A stretch of 64,000 bases of DNA from an uncultured virus (IMG/VR IMGVR_UViG_3300029705_000112) (IMGVR_UViG_3300029705_000112), one strand, 5' to 3'; numbered from the stretch's first letter, positions 21,101 through 30,090 are shown. The notes: a model not told the origin generated them from the letters alone. Numbers and translations: made by a program.

Positions 21101-24100
21101 CACCTTCCAAAAGGGCGGCGACCGTGCGATTGCAGAGGCGGCGCACAACCGCATGGAGGTGCTGGACGGGCAGATCGCTCGGGCGAGTGCGCAGCTGCTT
21201 GACGTGCAGGAAAAGACGGTTTTGCAGGGTGTTTTGCAGAAGGCGCGCAAGGTCGTGGAGCAGCAGGAGAGAGCGCGCGGTGACGAGAAGCTGAAGAGAT
21301 GGCGTGATCGCAGAGAGAACGCTGCTGCTATCAAGAAGTACCGCGACAGAATCGAGTCGGACTACAAGGATCTTGTAGATTGGCTCAACCATCCCTTGAA
21401 CAAGGACGTTACCAAGCACGTAAACGAGAATATCAAGGGCATTGTGATCCCGTTCCTTCTGACCTTTGATTTCACCAGCCGGCGACAGCTGCGTGGCGGT
21501 GAAGCCACCAAGGCTGACAAAGCGCACGTGAAGCAGGCGCAGAAGCTGCTTGCCATGCTTGACGGTCTTGACGAGGACGTGAGATATTCGGGTGAGTATG
21601 ATCTCCCCTTGAATTTCTCGGAGCGACTTGCCAAGCACGTTGAAACGGTGCAGAGCCTGATGGACGCTTACGAGGGCGAGATGGTGCTCAACAGGATGAC
21701 GGCAGAGGAGCTGCGAGATCTTTCTCTGCTGATGGCAAACCTCAAGACCGCGATCACCACGCTCAACAAATTCCACACCAACGCGATGTTTGCGCACGTT
21801 TCTGCGGCAGGTGACACCACCATCCGCGATCTTAAAGCGCTCAAGGACTATGACGGGAATGCGGTTGACACCTTCCTGTTTTGGAAGAACATCCGACCCG
21901 ACTACGCTTGGGACAGATTCGGATCGGGCGGCAGATCGATCAACCTTGCGCTGCGAGAAGGGCAAAGCAAGCTTGCTTGGAACGCCAAGGCGATCATTGA
22001 CTATGCGAAATCCACCTTTACAGCAAAGGAGCGCGAGGAGTGGGAAAACAAGGTCGTGGAGGTATCCATCTCCGACGGGCGCAAGGTCAAGACAACGGTA
22101 GCCGCGCTGATGAGCTTCTACGAGCTTTCCAAGAGAGCGCAGGGCAGAAAGCACATCCTTAACGGTGGCGTGACCGTGTCTGACGTGGAGATCCGCGAGA
22201 GCAAATTCGCCAAGAAAAAGCGCGTTTCGGGTCGATACGGAAGATTTACTGAGGCTGACATTGATGCTATGAATGCGGCTCTGACAGACCGTCAGAGAGA
22301 GGTTGCAGACAAACTGCAGCAATTCATGGAGAAGCAGGGCGGTGAGTGGGGCAACCACGTCACACTTGCAAGATTTGGCGAGAGAGCGTATGGCGAGAAG
22401 GGATATTTCCCGATCTCGGTTGACAAGCAATCGCTTAGCACCAATACCGACAAGCAGATCAAGGGCGCGGATCTTTACCGCCTTTTGAACATGGGCTTTA
22501 CCAAGGAGCTGAGTGAGAACACAAAGCAGCCGCTGCTCTTGTACAGCATCTTTGACGTATTCTCTACACACATGGCAGATATGGCGCAGTACAATGCGAT
22601 GGCTCTTCCGGTGCTGGATGCCATCCGATGGCTGAATTACAAGGAATACGACCTTGACACGGGCGTGGAGAAAAACAACCTTCGCGCACAGATGAAGAGA
22701 GCGTTCGGCTCTCCCGTGGTGCAGGGAAGACAATCGGTAGGATATGCCGAAAGCTTTGTTTTGCACATCCTGCAAGCCTACAACGGCACCGAGGCGCAGG
22801 GAACGCCGGGCGACTCGCTCGGCATGAAGATGCTGCACACATACAACCGTGCGCAGATCGCATTCAACGTGCGCGTGGTGGTACAGCAGCCCATGGCTTT
22901 GACAAGAGCTGCAATGATCCTTGACCCCAAGTATATTGCCAAGGCACTTGACCCAAAGAAGATCAAGGCAAACGTGGAGGATATGCTGTCGCACAGCGGT
23001 ATTGCCGCGTGGAAGGATCTCGGATATTACGATATCAACATCTCTCGCGGTCTTACGCAGATGATCAAGCAAGACAGCACCTTTGCTGAGAAGGTCACCG
23101 AGGTTGGCTTGAAGCCTGCGGAGTTGGCAGATAAGGCAACGTGGGGCGTGATCTGGGCGGCATGCAAGATGCAGCTCAAGGCGCAGGGCGTGACGGATTA
23201 TGCCAAGGTTGATCAGCTGTTTGATGACGTGATCTACAAGACGCAGGTGGTTGACAGCGTGCTGACCAAGTCGGAATACATGCGCGACAAGGGCTTCTTT
23301 GCAAGATCTACCGCGTCGTTCATGTCCGAGCCGACAACCACGGCAAGCATGATGCTGGATGCCTACGATCAGTACCGCATGGATATTCGCAGAGGCATGA
23401 GCGCAAAGCAGGCATGGGCGGTGCATAAGAGAAACATTGGCAGAACGGTGCTGGTGTACTCGGTTGGCGCGATCATGCTGGCGGCTGTGCAGGCGGCTGT
23501 GGACGGCTTGCGCGACGATGACGACTACCAAAGCCTGCCCGAAAAGTGGAACGAGGCATTTTGGTCGAATCTGCTTGACGAGCTTTCGCCCTTGAATAAG
23601 CTGCCGCTTGTCAGCACCATTTGGGAGCTGTTCAAGGTAGGTCTTGATACGTTTACCAACCTTGACGTCTACGGCAATCCTCCGAGTGCTGCATGGGCGC
23701 AATGGTTTGATACGCTGGCAAAGGCGTGGGAGATCACGATGGATCTTGCGAACGGTGAAACAAATTACACGTGGTACGCTGCAATCTACAAGTATTTGCA
23801 GGTCGCATCCGGTCTTTCCGGTCTGCCTTTCGCAGCTATGACGCGCGAGGCGATCACGCTTTGGAATAACACGGTAGGTGCGTTTGCTCCCAGCCTCAAG
23901 GTCAAGAGCTACGAGCTGAAAGAGCAAACCGAGATCAAGTATGCAGTGCTGGACGGATATCTGAGCGCGCAAGAGGCAGCAGACGAGCTGTGGGAGCAAG
24001 GTCTTGCAGCAAGCAGGGAAGAGGCGGTATACACCGCGGAGGCTTGGGAGTTTGTCAAGGATAATCCCGAATACTCCGACCTGACCGTTTCCGCTTACTT

Positions 24101-24302
24101 GTTGTACAAGGAAAACTGCCAAGGCGTGGACGTTGGATATTTCTACCAAGCATGGAAATACTACAACCAAGCCGAAGCTGATCGCGACAAGGACGGGAAC
24201 CCGATAGCAGGGTCGAAGAAGCGCAAGGTGCTTGATTTCATCTATCAGATGCGCATCCCGACAGAGCAAAAGAAAAAGATCATAAAGTGCTTCTACAAAT
24301 AA
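15165..24302 (+). CDS. giant polyvalent (ejection-type) protein A, 3045 aa: HExxH metallopeptidase, radical-SAM/Gp88-like domain, ART-like domain
   Basis: HEFVH (17892); C...CGFCY, RLQSFSDF, YTK; YHQTG..F..F...GYFF...VYLK...GYDGI...QIKS. Confidence 0.75.
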   Translation: MGVYERYKKEKSKNPEKYGAYESYQLSKKYSGVDTSKVDENYLNSYNTNANSFFSSEGLQEDSYDKWRGLNDQAEMVRAWAWQNRDKLGDNFNTIMSATDLSKADKYWGQFKSAEDYANTFAQYTDYQNMLNVDLSTIEKEIASLEEEEKRWAELNNPLKYNIFNTPKSSLKLAKDRHDSISKELAEKRAYYNEVSDLQAGAAYDAILLEADYAKKSAAGWDKYIADRDERSKEAIGGAEDESLWDKLGRWYGSGGPVDTTLTLSGVTQVQNAMRDNPQRPEPSNDWTEQQKAIYGYLYDTNPYKAEQYAVFADKANENAALAAIQKNATSSLGAQVLNSLGALAASPLALADVLNNLAIGEISSDSDGVVSPFEYSQAVTSGITQYWNQYSGTLPDAVPVIGGKGLGDAYGLAMSIAQSMISAHTLGPGGTLVSYFGQGAASAMNDAKRRGATDAQAMLYGIAAGVFEGVAESIGVDNLFKLGSAKTLKGFITNVLKQAGAEGMEEGLTALLTNIADNAIMQNQSVFYDLVDQYMASGMSESEAKTRAWLEIVNGVAFDVLSGAVSGGISGGAYTGVQSIVANAHENNTYKNTYGEAQKDLVAEGLELDPQNRYYKRLNEKLNRGKDLTGNEIRNVVSRNERAISKLKKNEAAAEVAEEKSATDTAADKTSQDAVKIASESVKGADVQTVTERENAPAAKETAEQAEVTRETSQEDVQTALEKASRDYGAQAKAMAATYIEGQDVAEYNAAFRIAYDMGASGVKLSYVEGMESYLTDSQKKIAYEAGKASQDTRAKRLEKSNAKKETGGTQRKKGVVRGEGVSIQELSAKFNDTQREAYSIMSSIAEVTGIDIVLYKSEADAKGNFTEAQGKYKKSEPGTLYIDINAGLNNVKSAGDLANYTMLRTFSHEFVHFIENWNPVWYNELRRVVFDHLENADELISREAAESALPYERASREVVAEALTDILPDSSFLEDLANNHKNIFEKLYAKLKEFVANIKKHFASLSPNANKAAQTLKQSGKYAEEIVKLFDKAAAGAVEKYQATVAEQNVEVEETAKISKEKPQKAKKPKKIASTEAVIEEINADGMVEIDTDGKTVAPQYSRRTWTESEYVTDREKTAKAISKELGVSMDTALSFIDNINAVSKLIADDKARLDYAPNAVDSASVLKPNSEYKWSVDMSTLCAKRLLFTGTFDAIQKIMADAAFDSEDIVRIRQMMEERGYEVACGFCYVESTRRELGPITQDFIERYKLSQKTGKPISRINSEGKEVELTKTKDQMKTTVDASTDKFFPEDGYTPTMADLNTTDIDLVKKNHPQVYEAYLNFMNARGQAKPKLLETRAEYKGEILRTFKSKSAVTSRNNSGGLRLQSFSDFEVPHLIDMMQIALDMSRVGLKSQAYTKVPAFAKVFGNTGIKINLSLVAKGSGLDADGNLIFDDKEGMPHEEAFRLRDRFSKNVGTILVGKNDAHIIAAMADPRIDFIIPFHKSSWKESLYDALGLTGYEDYTDTQNERSIDPERKIKNYDPSEYWDFSKTGDENAQIYLEKCKEDGRIPKFPQFQGYPGYWKLLIDFKMYDNDGVGSPQEVVRPIYDEQSQADIKEIFDTYKGGHGTLPVAQDVVDDFVKEYKDKKGVQYSRRQYTDQDQAYMDAVESGDMETAQRMVDEAAKKAGWNPVVRYHQTGTRFNEFSNENPDAGLNDSDTPNGYFFKENDHDIGVGADFIKTGHGGSIQMRVYLKHGNLLYFKNRDEARAWYSKHIRGYKELLDKYDAHLEDFKRFNSENNAKMFDELIALEESGQSTSERDLAIMDKYDKIADDWIESKKEYETSLRSGMRKILNAYFIENDSGYDGIELADDGHRYIDGKREDVHTFIVFKNTQIKSADPVTYDDDGNMIPLSERFNESGNDIRYQRRDGRMSDQEVLSYAVDLYENQKTEDGTSFRDTLSKEEVKALELFKQRLAKLDDLTAQRYEQGQIYRENTFQKGGDRAIAEAAHNRMEVLDGQIARASAQLLDVQEKTVLQGVLQKARKVVEQQERARGDEKLKRWRDRRENAAAIKKYRDRIESDYKDLVDWLNHPLNKDVTKHVNENIKGIVIPFLLTFDFTSRRQLRGGEATKADKAHVKQAQKLLAMLDGLDEDVRYSGEYDLPLNFSERLAKHVETVQSLMDAYEGEMVLNRMTAEELRDLSLLMANLKTAITTLNKFHTNAMFAHVSAAGDTTIRDLKALKDYDGNAVDTFLFWKNIRPDYAWDRFGSGGRSINLALREGQSKLAWNAKAIIDYAKSTFTAKEREEWENKVVEVSISDGRKVKTTVAALMSFYELSKRAQGRKHILNGGVTVSDVEIRESKFAKKKRVSGRYGRFTEADIDAMNAALTDRQREVADKLQQFMEKQGGEWGNHVTLARFGERAYGEKGYFPISVDKQSLSTNTDKQIKGADLYRLLNMGFTKELSENTKQPLLLYSIFDVFSTHMADMAQYNAMALPVLDAIRWLNYKEYDLDTGVEKNNLRAQMKRAFGSPVVQGRQSVGYAESFVLHILQAYNGTEAQGTPGDSLGMKMLHTYNRAQIAFNVRVVVQQPMALTRAAMILDPKYIAKALDPKKIKANVEDMLSHSGIAAWKDLGYYDINISRGLTQMIKQDSTFAEKVTEVGLKPAELADKATWGVIWAACKMQLKAQGVTDYAKVDQLFDDVIYKTQVVDSVLTKSEYMRDKGFFARSTASFMSEPTTTASMMLDAYDQYRMDIRRGMSAKQAWAVHKRNIGRTVLVYSVGAIMLAAVQAAVDGLRDDDDYQSLPEKWNEAFWSNLLDELSPLNKLPLVSTIWELFKVGLDTFTNLDVYGNPPSAAWAQWFDTLAKAWEITMDLANGETNYTWYAAIYKYLQVASGLSGLPFAAMTREAITLWNNTVGAFAPSLKVKSYELKEQTEIKYAVLDGYLSAQEAADELWEQGLAASREEAVYTAEAWEFVKDNPEYSDLTVSAYLLYKENCQGVDVGYFYQAWKYYNQAEADRDKDGNPIAGSKKRKVLDFIYQMRIPTEQKKKIIKCFYK

Positions 24303-24305
24303 GCG

Positions 24306-24335
24306 AAGCCCCTCACATTTTTGTGAGGGGCTTTT
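24306..24335 (+). terminator. intrinsic terminator
   Basis: AAGCCCCTCACA-tttt-TGTGAGGGGCTTTT. Confidence 0.8.
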
Positions 24336-24341
24336 GCTATT

Positions 24342-24377
24342 GGGATGTAGAAATAGATCCGTCTTATATGCTATGCT
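24342..24377 (+). promoter_or_regulatory. putative phage A late promoter, copy 4
   Basis: GGGATGTAGA-N20-TATGCT. Confidence 0.65.
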
Positions 24378-24404
24378 TGAAAAAAACGAAAGGAGCTTGG
24401 GAAT

Positions 24405-25763
24405 ATGAACCAATCCGTAACACGGCTGACACTTGACGTCAGCGTAATGGAGAAGCAGGCTTGCATTTCGGTGCGACAGAAGGACACAATGCGCAGGCTG
24501 GTATTCTCGCTCGTTGACCGAGGCTTGCCGTATAAATTAGAAGATGGCGTATATGCTGCCGTATCCGTCAACACGCTGCCCGACACCATGCTTTACCCCA
24601 CCGTTATTCAGGATGGCAAGGTGCATTTTGACGTGCCTGCAGACCTTGTGCAGGAGGTAAACGACTACACCTGCGAATTGATCCTTTTTGCAACGGACTC
24701 GCGCGTGCTTTCCACAAGCAGCTTTGATCTGATCGTGTATCATTCCAACGCGGCAGACTACAACGCGGACGAGGCGGTTGATAGTGACAAATTCCTGCTT
24801 ATGACAAGCGCAACGGCTGAAGCGCTTGACGCGGCCGCTGATGCACGAAATGCCGCTGACCTTGCAAACGATGCAAGAGAGGACGCGGAGGAGGCGGCAG
24901 GGAGAGCGGTTGAGATCAGCGAAACGCTTGAAAACAAGCTTGCAGCAGGAGAATTCAAGGGCGAGAAGGGAGACACAGGTGCTACCGGTCCTCAAGGTCC
25001 GAAGGGTGATCCCGGCGAGGACGGCAAGGACTACGACTACGGAAACATCCGCGAAACCTTAGAAATCACTCTCAAGTCAACCGATTGGGCAGACAACAAG
25101 CAGACCATCGAAGCCAATGCGATCTCGGAGAATTGCACCTTGGTAGCAAGCCCTACAACGGAAAGCACAGAAGCGTATATCGCAAGCGGTATCATGCTGA
25201 CAGAAGCAGAGGTCGGCGAGATGGCATTTGAATGCGTAGTACCCCCGACAGAGGATATTGCGGTGCTGGTGCATGTCATTGATCCTTTGATTGCTGTGGA
25301 GAGTACGGAAATCCTCTCCTTTGACAGCGTAGACGAAATGAACGCTTATGAAGCAGAGGACGGCACGATTGCGATTGTGCCGAGTGAGGATAGCGTCATT
25401 GCCTTGTCAAAATATAAGTATGAGGATGGACAGTCTATCAATGATAAAATTGTCTATCTGTTCGGGACTGGCGGAGAAACAGCAAGCGGAAATGATAACG
25501 GATCATTTTGGGCTGATTTGAAAAAGCTTGCAAATCCTGTTTTCTCGTTTGATGCATCAGTTATGACCGCTGGACTCACCTTGGAGTGCCCTGCATTAAC
25601 CGTACAAAAGATAAACGGCGAACCTCGAAACGTTGCCGTTTCGTTCGATATTGTAATGAGTGGTACTACAACCAAGTTGTCCATTGAGTTTAGCAAAGCC
25701 GTTGATGCAACGAGTGGAATTTATATCGGCACTCAAATCAATCTTAAAACGGAGGCGGTGTAA
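24405..25763 (+). CDS. BppU-like N-terminal domain plus short collagen segment; tail fibre / receptor-binding carrier
   Basis: VRQKDTMRRL..SL.D.G.PY (BppU-like); GEKGDTGATGPQGPKGDPGEDG. Confidence 0.65.
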   Translation: MNQSVTRLTLDVSVMEKQACISVRQKDTMRRLVFSLVDRGLPYKLEDGVYAAVSVNTLPDTMLYPTVIQDGKVHFDVPADLVQEVNDYTCELILFATDSRVLSTSSFDLIVYHSNAADYNADEAVDSDKFLLMTSATAEALDAAADARNAADLANDAREDAEEAAGRAVEISETLENKLAAGEFKGEKGDTGATGPQGPKGDPGEDGKDYDYGNIRETLEITLKSTDWADNKQTIEANAISENCTLVASPTTESTEAYIASGIMLTEAEVGEMAFECVVPPTEDIAVLVHVIDPLIAVESTEILSFDSVDEMNAYEAEDGTIAIVPSEDSVIALSKYKYEDGQSINDKIVYLFGTGGETASGNDNGSFWADLKKLANPVFSFDASVMTAGLTLECPALTVQKINGEPRNVAVSFDIVMSGTTTKLSIEFSKAVDATSGIYIGTQINLKTEAV

Positions 25764-26272
25764 TGGCTAATTACCTTTATAACGGTATAGAACTGCCTGC
25801 ATTGCCAGAGTGGGATAAAAACACATATCCGTATGCAATTATTGTAAAGATTGCTCCTTTGGGGGATGCATCAGAATTTACACGATTATATGTATCTACA
25901 AATACACTATACATTGAGTCAGACGGAGATTTTGCAGTAAGTGAGTTGCCGACAAACTATCTTGTCGCAGATGTTTTCGATGGTGGTGATAATTGGGGAG
26001 AATTTGAATCCATGGTTGTGCAGGAGATACCCGACATCGCACCTTCACTATCTAATTTTACAATTATTTGGAGCAATCACGATTTGCCATATGAAAACAG
26101 TACGGAAATCTATCTGTCCGCAAGTGTACCCATCCCAGCCAACGGCTACGAAGCCCACCTCCACAACGGCACATGGCGCAAAGGAACATTCTACAAGCGA
26201 GTGAATAACGCATGGGTAAAGCATCAAGCCTACCGCAGACAGAATGGCGCGTGGGTGAAAGTAAAGGAGTGA
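25763..26272 (+). CDS. tail-associated hypothetical protein
   Basis: YLYNGIELPALPEWD...; C-terminal repeated Y.R.NGAWVK. Confidence 0.55.
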   Translation: MANYLYNGIELPALPEWDKNTYPYAIIVKIAPLGDASEFTRLYVSTNTLYIESDGDFAVSELPTNYLVADVFDGGDNWGEFESMVVQEIPDIAPSLSNFTIIWSNHDLPYENSTEIYLSASVPIPANGYEAHLHNGTWRKGTFYKRVNNAWVKHQAYRRQNGAWVKVKE

Positions 26273-26276
26273 TAAA

Positions 26277-27548
26277 ATGCCAATAATTATTAACCCTATC
26301 ATAAACGCAACAGACCCTACACTCCAAGAAAAGACCATCACCGAAAACGGAGAGTATGTAGCAGACGAGGGCTATGATGGGCTGTCAAAGGTGAAGGTCA
26401 ATGTAGAGAGCGGTGCTTCCTTCAATATCCACTACGGCTTGAATCCTCCCGAGGACACCAGTATGTTGTGGGTGGAGACGGAGAGGGAGCCGACAAAACT
26501 TACTATCGGTTTTGAAAGTTTGTATGGAAGCGAGGAAATAACGAAAGTGGCAACTGCAACAACATCAAGTGAAAGAGCATCGGGTGTTGTTGACGGTAGA
26601 ATTTACTATCTTGGGAGATATTATTTGGGTTCTTATTATAAGAACAATCACTATTATGACACCAATACAGGTTCTTATAAATCAATTTCAACAACATTTC
26701 CTGTGGCTATTCGTTCACAAGGTGCAACTGTTGGTAAAAATATTTATTTGTTCGGTGGCACAATAACGGGTAACACAAAAATAGCCACTTGTTATATGTT
26801 CGACACCGAAACGGAAATAACAACAACTCTTGCTGTTTCTTTGCCTACCGCTCGTTCGGGTGTAATGACCGAAGCGGTAGGAACAAAGATATATTTGTTT
26901 GGTGGTACTGATGATAGTGGTTCATTGACTACTATCATGGTATATGATACGGAAAAAGGTGAATTGAAAGAACTCACAGAAACTATGCCAACGAGTTTTG
27001 GCTCTTGTAACCCTGTTGCAGTAGGCAATAAAATTTATTTCTTTGGTGGTTATGATGATTCGCAACGCACAGAGATAATGGTGTTTGATTGTGAAACGGA
27101 GAAAATGGCTCAATGGAATTGTAGTTTGCCTGTTGCAACATCAAATATTGGTGCAGGCGTTGTTGGAGAAAAGGTATATCTGTTTGGAGGTCAATACTGG
27201 AACGCAACTGCGAATAAATGTTATGAGTGTGATACACGAAGTGGAAGTATAAGGCAACTTTCTGTCACTTGTGGTGATGCCCCTGTTTCTGTTGAAACTG
27301 TTGGAAACTCTATTTATGTTTATGTATATGGCACAATTAACCTGTTCTCAACCGAGGGTGCAGACCTTGAAGCAAACACTATTTACATGAAACCCACTAC
27401 CACGGAAAATCTGTTTGAATTGGTTAGCGGTGATAATTCAATGACCATCGGTATCTATAATGCATTTATCGGTAACGCAGATGGCAAGGCAGAGGCGGTA
27501 AATTGCTACCTCTACAACGAAACTTCCCAAGCATGGGAATTGATATAA
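26277..27548 (+). CDS. Kelch-repeat beta-propeller protein
   Basis: Repeated VG.KIYLFGG...YD motifs (~6). Confidence 0.85.
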   Translation: MPIIINPIINATDPTLQEKTITENGEYVADEGYDGLSKVKVNVESGASFNIHYGLNPPEDTSMLWVETEREPTKLTIGFESLYGSEEITKVATATTSSERASGVVDGRIYYLGRYYLGSYYKNNHYYDTNTGSYKSISTTFPVAIRSQGATVGKNIYLFGGTITGNTKIATCYMFDTETEITTTLAVSLPTARSGVMTEAVGTKIYLFGGTDDSGSLTTIMVYDTEKGELKELTETMPTSFGSCNPVAVGNKIYFFGGYDDSQRTEIMVFDCETEKMAQWNCSLPVATSNIGAGVVGEKVYLFGGQYWNATANKCYECDTRSGSIRQLSVTCGDAPVSVETVGNSIYVYVYGTINLFSTEGADLEANTIYMKPTTTENLFELVSGDNSMTIGIYNAFIGNADGKAEAVNCYLYNETSQAWELI

Positions 27549-27558
27549 GGAGATAACT

Positions 27559-27819
27559 ATGTGGGAACTTTGGGACAAACAAACACCTATAAACGGAGTA
27601 TCTGCTGAACGCTGTTTGCAGAACTTCAAGCACCTTGCAAACGAGGAAACAATCTTTATCAAGTATGTAAACGGCAGAGCCGTACAAGTAGAGGGCAAGG
27701 GTATTCTTGCTTCTGTGTATGGCATTGACCCGACATTGGACAATGACGCTTTTATCGCTGAATACGAAAAGGCGATTGCGGTTGAGGAAGAAACCGAAGA
27801 AACAGAGGGCATCGAATGA
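27559..27819 (+). CDS. hypothetical protein
   Basis: ORF with AGGAG RBS. Confidence 0.6.
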   Translation: MWELWDKQTPINGVSAERCLQNFKHLANEETIFIKYVNGRAVQVEGKGILASVYGIDPTLDNDAFIAEYEKAIAVEEETEETEGIE

Positions 27820-27830
27820 TGCCCTTTTTA
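27802..27830 (+). terminator. putative intrinsic terminator
   Basis: AGAGGGCATC-gaat-GATGCCCTTTTT. Confidence 0.6.
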
Positions 27831-27845
27831 TATGGGGGTGAATAA

Positions 27846-28409
27846 ATGACTCTTTTGGAATTGAAAAAGAAGGTCTTGGCAATGATCGAGGAATTAAACC
27901 CCGACAGCGAGCTTTTGACGGATGATCCCGATATTTCTGCAAAGATAAACGAGGTCATCAATCAGATCATGTTTGAGCTGGCACGGCTCAAGAAAATTCC
28001 CAAGTATGTGGAGATCGATGTGACGAGAGGTCAGCTCTTGGAGTTTGCCGATATCGAGAGCGCGTGCGGATATGAAATCTATCAGCTCGGCACGGTGGGC
28101 GGTGTTCCTTACGTACCGCGTGCAAACGGTACTGTACTCAAGTTTTTTTCGAGCGGCACGGCAGAGATTGATTGCTACGTCTATCCCGAAAGAATCACCG
28201 AGAAAACCAAGGACAAGGCTTACGAGTTTGAGCTTTCCGCGGATTGCATGGAGATTATGCCGTATGGTGTTGCTGCCGATCTGCTCAAGAGTGACGTTTC
28301 TGCCGAGTACGGCAACGTATATGCAACGAGATACGAAGCCATGAAGCAGATGCTTGATCCCCGGTATCAGCATACCACCATCTACATTGAAGGGGGCTTT
28401 GACGTATGA
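27846..28409 (+). CDS. putative head-tail adaptor (phage B)
   Basis: MTLLELKKKV...MPYGVAADLL pattern of P22 gp4-like adaptors; position before nozzle. Confidence 0.6.
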   Translation: MTLLELKKKVLAMIEELNPDSELLTDDPDISAKINEVINQIMFELARLKKIPKYVEIDVTRGQLLEFADIESACGYEIYQLGTVGGVPYVPRANGTVLKFFSSGTAEIDCYVYPERITEKTKDKAYEFELSADCMEIMPYGVAADLLKSDVSAEYGNVYATRYEAMKQMLDPRYQHTTIYIEGGFDV

Positions 28410-30079
28410 GCGGAGTAGCAACCGGTGATCTGATTTCGCGTACCTATGCCAATTTCCGTGGGGCTGACTTTCGCGGTGAGGATATCAATATCCGCAGAAG
28501 CCCCGATTGCCTGAACGTGTGGCATGACTACACCGAGATCGATAGCATCAGGACGCGCCCGACTATGGAGCTCAAGATAAATCTTGAGGGAACAGTTTAT
28601 AGCATTTCGTTCTTTAACGGACAGATGCTTGTGCATTGTGGGGATAAGCTCTACAAGGTCGTGAACGGCGTAAAAACCGTACTGAAAACAGGGCTTGCGC
28701 AAAGAGAGAGCAACAGCTTTATCTTTGAAAACGTATGGTACTTCATGGACGGCAAGTCGTATTTGCAGTATGACGGAACGCAGATCAAGGACGTTGTTGG
28801 ATTTGTGCCGACTACCTCGATTGGCAGAAAGCCTGCCGGTGGCGGCAAGATTCATCAGGACGTGAATATGCTTTCGGACTATCGTATCAATACCTTTTTG
28901 GCAGACGGAACGAGCAAGGAATATCACCTTGACGCGCAGGGCATTGACGATGAATTTGCAGAGGTCTATGTCAACGGCAAGCAAGTGAGTGCCTATTCGA
29001 TCAGCGAGGACGGTGTTGTGGAGTTTATGGAAGCTCCCGAAGCGCCTTTGACGGACGGGCAGGACAACGTGACGATCAAATTCCGCAAAAAGGTGGACGG
29101 CTACCGCGAGAGGGTGCTGAATTGCACGCTGTTGCAGGTGTTCGATAACCGCGTATTTATCAGCGGCAACAAGGACTTTCCCAATACCGTGTGGCATTGC
29201 AGCCTTGACGATCCCGCTTATTTTAGCGACCTTGACTATTACCGCGAGGGCGTTGACTCTGCAAAGGTCATGGGGCTTGTGGCAGGCAACAACAATCTGT
29301 GGGTGTTCAGAGAGCCTTCGCAGGCGCATACGAGCGTGTTCTATCATACTCCTTCCTTGGACGAGGAATACGGCAAGGTCTATCCTTCGCAGCATTCCAG
29401 TATTTCAACCGGGTGTGTAGGAAAAGCGGTGAATTTCAACGATGATATAATCTTTTTCTCCGAGCGAGGAATGGAAGGTATCAGCGGTGACGTGACCACG
29501 GAGCAGGTGGTGGCGCACAGAAGCACCTTGGTTGACCGCAAGCTGATTTCGGAGAAGGACTACACCAAGATGATCCTTGCCGAGTGGGAAGGCTATCTGA
29601 TCGTGTTTATCGGTGATAAGGCGTATCTTGCCGACTCTCGCGCCATGTTTACCAACGAAAACCACCTTGAATACGACTTTTTCTATTGGCAGATGGAAAA
29701 GGCGATCACGGCAGCGCGAGTGGAGAACGGCATTCTTTATCTTGGCACAAAGGACGGCGTTTACACTTTGACAGGCGAGGGTGATCTTGAGAGCTATTGG
29801 GTAACTCCCAAGGATAAATTCAAGTCGGCAAACAAGCTGAAATCAACTCACAAGAGAGGTTGTGTCGTGGAAGCGACCGGGGATATTTCGGTATATGCCA
29901 AGACCGAGAAAACCGACTTTGAATTGATCGACTCTTTTGCGGATATCACCGACTCTTTCGTTTGCAGGATCAAGAGAAAGAAATGGAAGGATATCCAAAT
30001 CAAATTTTATTCGGCTACGAGGTTTAGCCTTGAAACAGCCACGCTGGAAGCTTTCTGCGGCGGCTATATCAAGCGGTAG
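28406..30079 (+). CDS. putative tail nozzle protein (phage B)
   Basis: NFRGADF...RSPDCLNVW, NRVFISGN; second nozzle-like gene in the window. Confidence 0.65.
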   Translation: MSGVATGDLISRTYANFRGADFRGEDINIRRSPDCLNVWHDYTEIDSIRTRPTMELKINLEGTVYSISFFNGQMLVHCGDKLYKVVNGVKTVLKTGLAQRESNSFIFENVWYFMDGKSYLQYDGTQIKDVVGFVPTTSIGRKPAGGGKIHQDVNMLSDYRINTFLADGTSKEYHLDAQGIDDEFAEVYVNGKQVSAYSISEDGVVEFMEAPEAPLTDGQDNVTIKFRKKVDGYRERVLNCTLLQVFDNRVFISGNKDFPNTVWHCSLDDPAYFSDLDYYREGVDSAKVMGLVAGNNNLWVFREPSQAHTSVFYHTPSLDEEYGKVYPSQHSSISTGCVGKAVNFNDDIIFFSERGMEGISGDVTTEQVVAHRSTLVDRKLISEKDYTKMILAEWEGYLIVFIGDKAYLADSRAMFTNENHLEYDFFYWQMEKAITAARVENGILYLGTKDGVYTLTGEGDLESYWVTPKDKFKSANKLKSTHKRGCVVEATGDISVYAKTEKTDFELIDSFADITDSFVCRIKRKKWKDIQIKFYSATRFSLETATLEAFCGGYIKR

Positions 30080-30090
30080 GGGGTGCATGA

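Noticed and set aside
20997..24413. 1138-aa minus-strand ORF (also 17889-19694, 10605-11840, 36006-37427)
   Set aside because: Antisense shadows of genuine plus-strand genes; no recognisable motifs or RBS
24405..27819. Possible diversity-generating retroelement or invertible fibre locus
   Set aside because: No reverse transcriptase, TR/VR pair, invertase or inverted cassettes seen in the window
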